NCBI GenBank assembly: GCA_013265495.1
Contig: MU058423.1
Span: forward strand, 2,495,061-2,559,060
DNA: 64,000 bases
Source of the DNA: Vicugna vicugna
Taxonomy: Eukaryota
Reading direction: 5' to 3'
The translations under genes were made by a program, and so were the position numbers. Of the stretch, positions 1-13,700 are shown piece by piece; position 1 is the stretch's first letter; each line of letters starts with the position of its first letter. The notes below the pieces were generated by a model. The model did not search any database. It had not been told where the DNA came from and saw nothing but the letters and a program-made list of their open reading frames with translations.

Positions 1-89
1 TTATCCCAACAGACACTCCTCCACCTCCCCCTTGCTAATTGAAATGCACTGATTTTAAACCTCTGTTCCTATAGGATTCCATGTTTTCC

Positions 90-250
90 TCCATCAGCAC
101 TTACAACACTGAACTCTAATTACTTGTTTAAATGTCTGTCTCTGCCACTAAACTATACATTGCCTGAGAGCAGGGACTGTCTTAAACCAATGTTTATATT
201 TAGAGCTTGTTTGTGTACGTCTGAATTTCCAGTAAATAGGTGCTGCTGTG
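90..250 (+). mobile_element. Old LINE-2 3' end fragment
   Basis: ttacttgtttaaatgtctgtctctgccactaaactata...gagagcagggactgtc...cagtaaatagg resembles the L2 3' terminus. Confidence 0.5.
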
Positions 251-1709
251 GGAAGGACACTTGGAGGCAGACGGCCAGTGTGAGGTTACTGTCATTAGAA
301 GGGGTGTTTACAGTGGTGCAGAGGGATGGGAATAGAACAAACAGGATAATGTTCATGGTGTGAGAGGAGTTTGAAGGAAAATTAGAATAGGTCTGTATTT
401 TATCCTCTGTGGTGTAGTGTTTCCAATTGTACTAACAGATAATCTTTTTGTATTGTGATTGAAACCCTATCTGCTTCCTTCCAAAATTGTGTTTCACATG
501 GGAAGGGAAGTAGAATATGTAGGAAATGCAGAGTGGCTGTTGGGCCTTTTGGACAGGACTATGCTTTACCTGGGGACTGTGGGGCTACCCGACCAAGAGG
601 AGTCTGTTGGGAAAAGCCAGATCTGATTAAGTAGGAATATGACAGTGGGCATGTTCAGGAAGACTTGTTTTGGAATCTACCAGGACTGGACCCTCTTCTC
701 TGCTTTCAAGTCTTGAGTTACCACATAGGGCAGGCTGGTCTCTGTGTCTGTCATAATCAAGTGGTAGGCTAATAAAGTGGGATGACAGTGAACCTGAGAA
801 TAGGGTCACTAGAGACGTGGAGACAAGAACCGATCCAGGAAGTAACTTTAGCTACTAGATATCAATGTTTGTAGATATCAATGTTTAGTATAAAAGCCTT
901 ATTACGCAGGACCTCTTTAGAATCCTCTGACCAAAGAAGGAAATCCTGTAAGCATTGTAGATAAATGCAAAATAGCTTATGTGCAAATCTGAGTACAGGC
1001 TGTTTTCTATTACATTTTAGAGCTCACCTAATTTTCCCCCTTTCCCACCTCCCATTCCCTTACTATTTCACGTAGGGTCAATTGGGAGTCCCTGACATTA
1101 TGCTTTTTGTCTGTCATTTTCAAAATATTAATCTGAATGTTACCCAGAGATGCCAAACTTGGAACTAGATGCAGTAGTTGATGACACTTTGGGTTGTTCC
1201 TGTTTTGGAAGAAAGAAGATAGATGTGTTTTTGTTTGTAGAGGGATAGTTGCATTATGTTAGGCAGGAGCATCTTGTGGTGGTGGCTGTAGTGATGACTG
1301 TTTGGAAATGCACACATGGAAAAGAGTATGTATCTGTTATACATCTATACTCTGCATCTTTTTCTTTAAACAGTTTCCATATTCATTTTTTTTCTGTGAC
1401 ATAAATTTAAAAACTTTTTTTTTACTTGAAGTATGGTTGATTTACATATCCTCTGCATCTTTTTAAATAGCCTTCTTATAGATGGGGAATTTCTCACATT
1501 ATGAGTCCCACCTCCCCAAAGTAGAAGAGTAGAAGAATCCCTACTTCTGCTAGGGATGTTACTTCCCAGTCAAAAGATGTCATTTCAAAAACGATTTCAG
1601 TTCTAGCAATGAAATATAAATAGAAGTGTTATATGTTACTTCCAGGAAGTTTCTGTAAGAGGGAAAGAGCAATCCTCATTCTTCTTTCTCCCTCCTGTTG
1701 TTTACCAGG

Positions 1710-3387
1710 GCCTGTTTTGTGGCCTAATGTGATCTATCCTGGAGAATGTTCCCTGTGCACTGGAGAAGAATGTGTATTCTGCTGCTTTGGGATAGAATGC
1801 TCTATATTTGTCAATTAAGACCATTTAGTAGTATGTTACTTAAAGCCTGTGTTTCCTTATTGAGTCTCTATCTGGATGATCTGTCCATTGATGTAAGTGG
1901 GGTGTTCAAGTCCCATACTGTAATTGTTTCTCCCTTTATTTCTGTTAATATTTGCCTTATATACTGAGGCGCTCCTTTGTTGGGTGCATAAATATTTACA
2001 ATTGTTACAGCTTCTCCTTGGATTGATCCCTTGATTATTATGTTATGTCCTTCTTTGTCTCTTCTAACAGTCTTTGTTTTAAAGTCTTTTTTGTCTGATA
2101 TAAGTATTGCTACTCCAGCTTTCTTTTAATTTCCATTTGCAGGGAATAACTTTTTCCATCCCCTCACTTTCAGTCTGTATGTGTCTCTAGATTGAAGTGA
2201 GACTCTTGAAGGCAAAATATATACAGGTCTTGTGTTTGTACCCATTTAGCTATTCTGTGTCTTTTGGTTGGAGCATTGAGTCCATTTACATTTAAGACAA
2301 TTATTGACATGTATGTACTTATTGCCATTTTGTTAATTGAGATGGTTGGGTTTGGGGTCCAGGGTGCCATGAAGGTTGCATTGGCCTGCTGGTTCTGCTG
2401 GGCAGGACGAGGGCTCAGCTGGCCCTAGGGTAGGGATTGTCCTGCTCTTGGTGGACTCAGTGTGCAGGCTGCAGGATCAGTTTTCTTCCTTCTAGTGTCT
2501 GTCCCCTGGTGGGTGAGGTTAACGGAGACTTCCTGGCAGGAAGGGTCAGTACCTGCTGACTGGGTGGGGCTGGAACTTGGCCCTCTGGTGGGCAGAGCTG
2601 TATTTATGGGCATGTCTAGAAGTGGCTATGGGTTCAAGAAGTCTTTAGGCAGCTGTCTGCTAATGGGTGGGGCTGTGGCCCACTGAGTTAGTTATTAGAC
2701 CTGAGGCATCTCAGCACTGGTGCCTACAGGCTGTTGGGTGGAGCCAGATCTTGGCACTAATAAGCCACAATGGCAGCCACCAGCAGAAGGGTTAATTCAG
2801 TTGAATGTTTCTAAATAGGTCTGTCACCAGTGTCTATGTCCCCAGAGGGAACCACAGCCACTCCCTAGTCTCCAGGTGGCTCACCAAGACCAGCAGGTAG
2901 GTATGGCAAAGGATCTCTTATCATATTACTGTTTTTCCCCTGGTTCCAGGTGTGCATGAGATTTTGTGTATGCCTTTTAAGAGTGAAATCTCTATTTCCC
3001 CCAGTCTTGTGGGGCTGCTGCAATTAAACCCCACTGGCCTTCAAAGCCAGATGCTCTGGGGGCTCATGTTCTTGGTGCCAGACCCCAGGCTGGGGCACCT
3101 GACGTGGGGCTCAGAACTCTCACTCCTGTGGGAGAATGTCTGCAGTATAGTAACTCTCCAGTTTGTGGTCACACACCAGGAGGTTATAGGATTTCATTAT
3201 GTTGCAAGTCTGCCCTCCTGTCCATCTCACTGTGGTTCCTTCTTTATGTCTTTAGTTGTACAAGATCTTGTATGGTAGATTCCAGTCTTTTTCATCAATG
3301 GTTTTGCTACAGATGGATGTGATTTTGTGTGCTTGTGAGAGGGGCTGAGCTCAGGGTCTTTGTACTCTGCCAGCTTGGCTGCTTCCC
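1710..3387 (-). mobile_element. LINE-1 remnant: 5'UTR joined to the ORF2 endonuclease N-terminus (ORF1 missing)
   Basis: ORF 2170-2370 reads ISTYMSIIVLNVNGLNAPTKRHRI...CLQESHF (L1 EN start). 2345-3387 is GC-richer 5'UTR-like sequence ending in an L1-type start (revcomp GGGAAGCAGCCAAGCTGGCAGAGTA). Confidence 0.75.
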
Positions 3388-4288
3388 TAAGGATTTCATC
3401 TTAACCAATTTTATCTTTTTAAAATAAACATTTATTTTGTAAAGACCTTTAACATTATTCCTACTGCTCTCTTTTTACTTAGTAACTGCAAGAAATGACC
3501 ATCTGGACAAATGCCCAACAGGACTCTTCTCTAAAGTTTCTCCCTGTTTTAAGACTCGAGGCCGTGCCTTAATGAGGCCCAACTCCACTGTCCGGCCACT
3601 ATTTGAGTAACCTGCTAATCAGATGGAATTCTGAAGAGTGCTACAATTTGCAGGTATCCTAATATAAAATGACAGATAGAGTGTGCAGCCAGGCTACACT
3701 TTGGCCCAGCAGACTAGGCCTGCCCATTTCAGATCAAGTTATCCAGTGGCCTGCTACAGCCTACTAAATGCTTAAGTTAGAGGGAGCTAATGGCTTTCCC
3801 CCAGAGCTGTAGACGTAAGTCTTCTGCACCTTGTTCTGTATCTCCAATGGCTGAGATAACTATATCCAGAGCACTTCATATAATGGCTGTAGTCCACCAG
3901 GAGCCCACACTAGCAGAGAACTCCTTGCTCACCCCTTTCGCCAGCACCCAAGAGCCCCCGGAACCATGACACAGAGTACTACAAGCCTACAGGAGGTGTC
4001 CCATGAATGCTGAATTAAGGAGGGAACCAGGTATAGAAGCCCCCCACCACCACCTTCTGGAGAGACCCCACGCTAAGGAACAGAGGTACATGAAGCAAAG
4101 ACAGAAATGAGCAGGAAACATTATAATCCTCTGTCCCCTGTCCCCACCACACACGCATCCCCACCCATGGGGCCCATGAAATGGACAACAGAAGGGAAAA
4201 ATGACACCCACACACACCCAACACAGTCAGTCGTGAGTCCAGAGAGCCAGGAAGGAATAAAACAGGACACAGCAGGTATGGGTAAGGC

Positions 4289-4294
4289 TTTACT
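4289..4294 (-). terminator. Probable variant poly(A) signal AGTAAA of gene A (paralogous sites 20823-20828, 33831-33836, 54706-54711)
   Basis: About 400-430 nt after the stop codon, conserved in all four paralogs including divergent D, followed by GU/U-rich sequence on the minus strand. Confidence 0.5.
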
Positions 4295-4716
4295 GGGGTA
4301 AGACAGGGCTGGGCAGGAACTACACTGGGAAGCAGGCCCTGCACGCAGGCCACTACTGGTCTTCAGGGCAGTGCCGGGAGCTGAGAGCAGGGCTCCATGG
4401 GCCTGGGGTCTGCTTGGGCTTCTCATACCAGAAACCACCGTGGAAGGGGAGGATCACGGGTTGGCATTAGTGCAGGAGGGATAACGTGGGGAGGGGAGGA
4501 ATTTGCTGAAGAGAAGTTGGGAGCTGAAGCTTTAAAGGATGGATGGAAGGGGATTGGGAGGGACATAGGGGGCCAATAAGGCATCTAGAGTGAATAGAAG
4601 GAGAAAGAAAAAGACAGATGGTCTTGGGGGTGCAGGGAGGTCCGGCTGTTCTCCAGGGCCCTGGCGCCGCAAGCACAGCGCTGGCTCCGCACTCTGGCTC
4701 CTGCTCTTCCAGGGCA

Positions 4717-7700
4717 CTACTTGTTGCCCCACGTGGCCATCTTTAGAAACAGAGGTCTTCGGAGGAAGCGGCTAGACTTCATGTAGGCAGAAATCTTCTT
4801 CAGGCCCTGAGGGTGGGGAGAAGATGGTAAGACCTCAGGTCTGCTGCCCCACTGGGGCTCAAGGAGCTCTACCCAATTTGAGACCCTAGTCCAACCCTTC
4901 CACGTGGGGCCAAGTGGTCGAACAGAAGACAGTCTTCCAGGGTTCCCCAGCTCTGGAAAGTCAACTCTTCTAATTTTCATATGATAGCTTAATAAGACTG
5001 AACACATATGGAGAACATACACACAGCTTGTTGCTGTGTATTCACTCGAGACTATGATGTAGGTTTAGAATCTCTACTTGACTACCCGACAAGAGAGGTT
5101 GTACTATCACCATTCATCAGAAGGGAAACAAGCACACAGAGGTTAAGCACCTCCCTCCTGCTCACACTGCTCATAAGTAATATGGCTAAAATGCAGCCTG
5201 GCGCTCTCTCTCCTCTTCAGCTCTTTCAGCTGCACTCCCTTCCTGACAGCTGTAAGCAAAAAGAACAGAGAGGCTCAGTCATCACCCAGTTATACAGAGG
5301 GTTCAGTGACAACCCAGGGCAGTTGCCTGAGGGGAATTCAGGATGGAAAAAAAAACCAAGACGAAGCATTCTATGTTTTGGATGCAGGGCCCCTAGACAG
5401 TTAAGATACGTATCCAAGGAAGAATTCCAGTGACCCCAGATTCGTGCATCTCTCCATACATAGAAAAGCACTAAAATCATTAACTTGAGACATCTCTTTT
5501 TTGATGACTAGCAATCTTTTACCAAGACATTTACTTGACTACTCCTTTTTCACAGATCTCCACCCTTACCTCTTCAGAGCAGTTCCTCAGAGCTCTCTGA
5601 GAGGCTGTCTCCTGAGGTATAGTCTCAGTAAGGTCCCCAAATAAAACTGAAACTCACTCCTCTGACGTTGTGTGGGGGTTTTTTTCCAGTTGGCAGCTTT
5701 GGCAACCGGGAGAGGACACAGAATAGACTTCTCTTCTTCCTCACCTGAACGTTACAAGGATGTGGAACCTTGATGCGAGCAAGGCCCCTTGTGCTCATTC
5801 ACTTCTTCAGCAAGTCTGACAAATCTGGGTGAGTCTCTCCTGATCTTAGTTCTCCCATCTTGGTTGATGATGCTGAGTTTTTCTTCAGTGGTGGATAAAA
5901 ATTGTACCTGACTCAGCTGAGAGATACTGAGAAAGTGCCCATTTGAGAGAAACTGAGAAATTTTTGCCCAGTTGAAGACACTGGGAAGGTTGGGAGTGGT
6001 TGATTAGGAAACGGCTGTTGGCATATTTCCTTGAATTAACTGCTTTAACAGAGTTTGTCGGAATAAAAGTGTAGATACCATATGAGAGCTCTTAGCTCCA
6101 AAGATAAGGAACATAGCTCCTCCTGGTCAAGTATGACCTTCTCAGGCAACTGAGAAACCTGTGGGAGTGGTGGAGTGCAGAGCTAGAGACACATGCAGGC
6201 TGAAAGTAAGGGAATAAAAAAAGATATTCCATGCAAACAGAAACCAAAAAAAAAAAAAAAGCTGGAATAGCAATACTTATATCAGACAAAATAGATTTTA
6301 AAATAAATACTGTTACAAGAGACAAAGAAGGACACTACATAATGCTTAAGGGATCAATCCAAGAAAAGGATATAACAGTTGTAAATATATATGTACCCAA
6401 CATAGGAGCACCTCAATATATAAGGCAATTTTTAACAGACATAAAAGGAGAAATCAACAACAACACGGTAACACCCCACTTACATCATTGGGCAGATCAT
6501 CCAGACAGAAAATCAATAAGGAAATACAGGCCCTAAATAGCACAATAGACCAGAGGGACTTAATTGATATCTATAGAGCATTCCACTTGAAAGCAACAGA
6601 ATACACGTTCTTCTCAAATACACATGGAACATTCTCCAGAATCGACCACATGCTGGCCCACAAAGCTAGCCTCAGCAAATTTAAGAAAATTGAAATTGTA
6701 CCAAGCATCTTTTCCGACCACAATACTATAAGGTTAGAAATCAACTACAAGAAGAAAACTGCAAAAACTGCAAACACGTGGGGGATAAACAATATGCTAC
6801 TAAACAACAAATGGCTCACTGAAGAAATCAAAGAGGAAATCAAAAAAATACTTGGAGACAAATGAAAATGAAAACAATGATATACAATCTCTGGGATGCA
6901 GCAAAAGCAGTTCTCAGAGGGAAATTTATAGTGATACAAGCCTACCTCAGGAAACTAGAAACATCTCAAGTAAACAACCTAACCTTACACCTAAAGCAGC
7001 TAGAGAAAGAACAAATAAACCCCAAAGTTAGTAGAAGAAAAGAAATCATAAAGATTAGAGCAGGAATAAATGAAATAGAGACTAAAAAAACAATAGAAAA
7101 GATCAATGAAACTAAAAGCTGGTTCTTTGAAAAAATAAACAAAATTGATAAACCTTTAGTTGAACTCATCAAGAAAAAAAAGGGAGAGGTCCCAAATTAA
7201 TAAAATCATAAATGAAAAAGAAGTTGCAGCCAACACCACAGAAATACAAGGGATCATAAGAGGCTACTATGAGCAACCACATACCAACAAAAAGAACAGC
7301 CTAGAAGAAATGGATAATTTCTCCAAAAGGTACAATCTGCCAGGACTGAACCAAGAAGAAATAGACAATATGAACAGATCAATTACCAGTGCTGAAATTG
7401 AATCAGTCATTTAAAACTCCCAACAAACAAAAGTCCAGGACAGAGGTCTTCACAGGAGAATTCTACCGAACATTTAGAGAAGAGTTAACACCTATCCCTC
7501 TGAAACTATCCCAAAAAATTGCAGAGGAAGGAACATTTCCAGACTCATTCTACGAGGCCATCATAACCCTGATACCAAAACCAGACAAAGATATCATAAA
7601 AAGAAAATTACAGGCCAGTATCACTTATGAACATAGACACAAAAGTCCTCAACAAAATACTAGCAAATCGACTCCAGCAGTGCATTAAAAGGATCATACC

Positions 7701-10700
7701 CCATGATCAAGTGGGATTTATCCGAGGGATGCAAGGATTTTTCAATATCTGCAAATCAATCAATGTGACACATCACATTAACAAACTGAAGAATAAAAAC
7801 CATGTGATCATCTCAATAGATGCATAAAAAGCTTTTGATAAAATTCAGTACCCATTTATGATAAAAGCTCTCCAGAAAGTGGGCATAGATGGAACATACA
7901 TCAACATAATAAAGGCCATATTTGACAGACCCACAGAAAACATCATACTCAATGGTGAAAAGCTAAAAACCTTCCTACTAAGATCAGGAACAAGACAAGG
8001 ATGCTCAGCCTCATCATTTTTATTCAACATAGTTTTGGAAGTCCTACCCACAGCAATCAGAGAAGAAAAAGAAATAAAAGGAATACAAATTGGAAAGGAA
8101 GAGATAAAACTGTCACTGTTGGCAGATACACAGGAAATCCTAAAGACACCACCAGAGAACTACTAGAGCTCATCAATAAATTTAGTGAATTTGCAGGATA
8201 CAAAATTAATATACAGAAACCTGTTGCATTTCAATACACTAAAAATGAAATAACAGAAAGAGAAATTAAGGAAACGATCCCATTTACCATAAAAAATAAA
8301 ATACCTAGGAATAAACCTACCCAAGGAGGCAAAAGACTTGTACTCTGAAAACTATAACACACTTTTGAAAGAAACTGAAGATGACACAAACAAGTGGAAA
8401 GGTATACTGTATTCTTGGACTGGAACAATCAATATTGTTAAGGTGGCCATACTACCCAAAGCAATCTATAGATTCACTACAATCCTATCAAATTACCAAT
8501 GACACTTTTCACAGAGCTGAAACAAGAAATGTTAAAATTTGTATGGAAACACAAAAGACCCCAAATAGCCAAAACAATCTTGAGAAAGAATGGTGCCGGA
8601 GGAACCAGGTTCCCTATCTTCAGACTATACTACAAAGCTATGGTAATCATAACAGTATAGTACTGGCACAAACACAGACACATATTTCAATAGAATAGGG
8701 TAGAAAGCGAAATAAACCACATACTAATGGCCAATTAATCTACAACAAAAGAGGCAATAACATGCAATGGAGAAAAGACAGTCTCTTCAATAAGTGGTGC
8801 TAGGAAAACTGGACAGCTGCATGTAAAAGAATAATATTAGCACATTCTCTAACATTATGTACAAAAATAAACTCAAAGTGGATTAAAGACCTAAATATAA
8901 AGTCTGGATACTATAAAACTAGAGGAAAACACAGGCAGAATATTCTTTGACATAAGTTGCAGCCATATTTTTCTAGCTCTTCCACTAGAGTAATGGAAAC
9001 AAAAGCTAACATAAACAAACGGGACCTAACTGAACTTAAAACCTTTTGCACAGCAAAGGAAATCATAAACAAAATTAAAAGACAACCTACAAAATGGGAG
9101 AAAATAATTGCAAACAGTGCGACTGACAAGGGATTAATTTCCAGAATATACAAATGGCTCATATAGCTCAAAATCAAAATACAAACAACCCAATCAAAAA
9201 ATAGGCAGAAAATCTAAATAGATATTTTTCTAAAGAAGATATATAGATGGCCAACAAGCACATGAAAACATACTCAGCATCACTAATTATTAGAGAAATG
9301 CAGATTAAAAACTACAACGAGGTATCACTTCAAACCAGTCAGAATGGGCATCGTCAAAAAATCTACAAACAATAAATGCGGAGAGGGTGTGGATAAAAGG
9401 GAAACCTCCTACACTTTTGGTCGGACTGTAAATGGCGCAGTCACTATGGAGAACAGTATGAAGGTTCCTTAAAAAACTAAAAATAGACTTACTATATGAT
9501 CCATCAATTCCACTGCTGTGATATATATCCACAAAAGACAAAAACTCTAATTTGAAAAGATACATGCACCCCAGTGTTCACAGCAGCACTATTTACAATA
9601 GCCAAGACGTGGAAGCAACTTAAGGGTCCATCTACAGATGAATGGATGAAGATGTTTATATATTACTCAGTCATAAAAAAAGAATGAGATAATGTCATTT
9701 GCAGCAACATGGATGATTTGGAGATTTTCATACTAAGTGAGGTAAGTCAGACAGGGAGAGACAAATATATGATATCACATATGTGGAATCTAAAAAAATG
9801 ATACAAATGAACTTATTTACAAAATAGAAATAGACTCAGACATAGAAAACAACTGTCTGGTTACCAAAGGGGAAAGGGCAGAGGGGGGATAAATTAGGAG
9901 TTTGAGATTAACAGATACATATTACTATACAGAAAACAACTAAACTATAAGGACCTACTATATAGCACAGGGAACTATATTCAATATTTTCTAATAAACT
10001 ATAATGGAAAAAATCAGAAAAAGAATATATATGTGTATATATATGTATGCATAACTGAATCAGAATGCTACACACCTGAAATGTAAATCAAATATACTTC
10101 AGTTTAAAAAAATGAAAGCATATTTTGTTATGGAAAAAGATCATGCTTTTGTTCCAGAGCTGGGTATTTCTAAATGGAAAGGAAAATAAGGGACAAAATA
10201 ATATGAATATAGAAGGCTGTAAAAGGTTTGTGAGAAAAAAGGAAACTTTTGAAAGTAATTCTATGTGTGGTCTGTACTGGCTAAGATTAGAATGAATGTA
10301 ATTAAGCAAGTAAATTTCAACATTAAATATGAGGTGGAGCAAAACTAGAATTTAATTTTCTCTCTGTTAAGAGAACAAAGTTTTCTTGAAATATTGATCT
10401 GCTTTTGGGAACGAAGTATAAAAAGTTTCTTTACCTTTTAAGTGATCTACTATGTATTTTGACTTCAAAATCTTTTATTGTCTCTTTGGTTAAGTGAAAA
10501 CATATTGTTTCACTGGGACCTATGATCCTACTTGACAAACTGCTTTGAAAACTTTTGCTATCTTTGACAAACTTTCCTAAATCAAATTCTAAATGAAATT
10601 CTTTTGATCTCTAGCCAGCTTTGGAATGCTTCAGAGGACCCCTGAAACATCTCAAAGAGAGTTACTAAAATAATTATACTTCTTTGGCATGTTAAATTAC

Positions 10701-13700
10701 ATAAGAAATGTTGGTAAGTGAGTTATAATAAACCCTCTTAGGTTATATTATATGGATAGTTATTATTATATAAAATTTGAAATGTCCTAGTATGTTATCA
10801 CTCATAATTCTAGTTATTATCTTAGGTGTTGTATGGCACAGAAATAACCAAATTTCATTGACAATTATATTGTAATCCGATCTTCAGCCACGCCATTTTA
10901 AGTCTTTTGCCATTTATGGAAAGTTACTGTTTTACTCTGATGCTTTTTTGAAATACAGATCTTCAAGAAGATTCATAAAAAGGACTTTTTGACAAATATG
11001 TTTCAGATGATTCCACTGAACTGGGTGAGATTATGAAACTCTAATGGAAAACCTGATGGCTTAATAAAACTACTAACAAAAAAGTCAAAGTCAACAAGAA
11101 TTAATTACCTGGGACTGAATGAATTGGTAAATATGACTTACAATGTTATGGGTGTTTGCCTGAAATATTACTGGCTTTCAATCTTTGTTTCCAAGATATG
11201 AGGAAACCTTTTCTCTCATGCCAACTATGATTTGCACAAGTTGATAAAGTATACCTTTGTAACGAAGATGAAACATTTATCTTTTGCTCTCTACCTGATC
11301 CCTTCCCTCTGGACGTGGTGGCTTACCGTGATCTGCATTACAACCAGTCATACTAATCATTGTCATCATTTGTTCTCTCTTTGTTATTTTCAAACTATTT
11401 ATGCTTTATCTCCCTCATTGCTGAACTATGACCTTAAAAATACTACTACCTATATTATTTATATCCTGACTATTTTATAAGATTGTTGTTTCTTGCATTA
11501 CCCTCTGTGCAGCCAGTTCAATAACAAAGTGAATGATGGCTAAACCTCTTGGGGCAATCAATCACATATATAGCTCTATATTAAATTCACTGGAATGATG
11601 TGACTCTAGATGTGGGTGGAGGCAATAAGGGAAAAAGATTTCTTGGATCATTATAAACTACGTAGTAAGACATACAACCCAGAGAATTTTTTGGTTATTA
11701 ACAGGGCCTGATTCAGATATAGCACAGGAATGACCTATCAGTGAAATCCTGTCCTTAAGGAGGAATGAGCCTTCCTATAACCATGAGACAAATTAGTCAT
11801 CAAGTGCCTCCAAAAATTTGGTTAAATTTATGACCAAAAAGCAGGAAGCTGTAAACAAAAAGAACAGTCTCCCTCATTACCCCATTAAAGAAAGGGTTAA
11901 AGTGCAACCCCCTGCAGTCACCCACTGACAGTGCCCCCTGAGGGGAATTCAGGATAAAATATTCTGGGTTTGGATATAAAGGCCCCTTAGAAACTCAGGA
12001 TCAATATCTTAGAAAGAATCTCATTGACCTCAGATTCATGTTTTAGAAAAGCACCAAAATCATTAAATCAAGTATTTGTTTCCTGATGATTAGCAGTAAT
12101 CTTTCACCAAAATACATGCTTAACTATATGTATTTGCCTGTCAAAAAATTCAGAATCCACTGTCTCCTTCCCTGCTTCTTCAGAGCATTCCTCAAAGCTA
12201 TTTAAAAGGCTGTCTCCAAGGCTGTCTCCAAGGCTGTATTTCTCAGTGAAGTCCCCAAATAAAACGGAAACTTAATTGCAATTGAGTAGTGTGGGTTTTT
12301 TCCAGTCAACATCTCCCCACAGAAAGACTTGTTTTTCTTATTCTGCAAAAACATTCTCTTTCAGAGGGTGGCTCTGGGCTTCCCAGGCTTTGGCCACAGA
12401 ATGACCTCTAGCACAATAAAGGGGCTCAGAAAGTGCCTGAGAAGCTTGCAGAACAGACCAGATCTCACCCTATGACTCAGCAAAACTTGGATGAAAGGTG
12501 ATAGGAGGGTAGGAACCAGCAAGGCCAGGCCAGGCTCTAATTACTCCACTTAAAGCACAGAGTTCAATTGCCTGGCCTGACAACTCAGCCGACTCACTGG
12601 GCCGCATCCTACCCTATCCCCGGTCCTGCTGCAGCCAACTTGGCAGTATGACACTCAGGTGTATCTGTACACCATCTTCCCAAGACAGAAAGTGTCCAGT
12701 AAGTTATAAGATGCAAAGAACATGGGACTGCGTGTACGCAGCAGCTCAGGTCCCAACAGACCACACACTGCAGCTCACAGCTGTCCCCACCCTCCCAGTC
12801 AGGCAGTGATGCCAGCTCTTGCAAAATCAGAAACGCTGATCAGCCTGGACCAGATCCAGAGATGATGAGAAGCAGCTGAGAAAGCAGATTTCGTGGTGGG
12901 AAGTGGGAAGGGGAAACAGACTGTAGGCTGAAAAAACCTATTGGACTAATGGCCCAAATTCCTAAATCTGTCATAGAGCAGACTTTGTTGTTCTCCAGTG
13001 GTTGACTGAGGGTGACCGATGATGAGCTGTGAGGTGAGGTCAGGCTGTCCTCCTCCAGCACCAAGATGGTACCACACACACCACACAGCTCAGTATTCCT
13101 GTAGTTCTCCAACCGCACTGAGCCCCAGAGGGTGGGGGCCAGGCCTGTGTTACATCTACATCCCCCTGTGCCTGATACAGTGCCTCACAGAGAGGAGAAG
13201 ATCAGATCAGTGAGCATGACTCAAAATAAATGTACTATCCCATCTTCCAGGCAGAAGAAAGGAAGAAGGGAAGCGAGACAGGGAGGGAAAGAAGTGCCCA
13301 CCATAAGAGATGTCAGGATAAAATCCTTCCACAGGACACCTGCATACATACTCAAATCCCAGCACCGACTACAGTCCTGGGAATCTCAGTACAACCCGAG
13401 ACAGGATCCCATTGCTGCAGAGCCCCCTGGAGATGGGGAGTAAAGTATTGTCTGTGTCTCTGGTACTTAATATCCATCCTACCATGTCTCAACTCAACTC
13501 TACTAATTTCAACTACATACAAACTCCTGAAGGTTCTGCTTCATCCACACTGACAAGAGCTGTGGAACCAGCTGGTAGAAGGACCAGAGCTTTTCCTTTC
13601 AGGGCAGGAAGGGAGAATCAGTGACTGCTGCCCATAGACACCAGGTGCTCTGACTGGGAGCCCAGCACAGCCTGTATTTGCTCTGTGACCTTCAGAAATT

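Noticed and set aside
1..3400. GSTM3 expected tail-to-tail beyond the last paralog
   Set aside because: No GSTM-like exons seen here; the region is repeat-derived, so GSTM3 would lie outside the window if synteny holds.
3987..4775. Short ORFs repeated three times (also near 20.5-21.3 kb and 33.5-34.5 kb)
   Set aside because: They recur only because the GSTM 3'UTR and flank are duplicated and converted; no coding signal of their own.
6231..9565. Reverse transcriptase/endonuclease ORFs as a host gene or novel RT system
   Set aside because: They are frameshifted LINE-1 ORF2 fragments; the same applies to 39383-40995 and 62147-63083.
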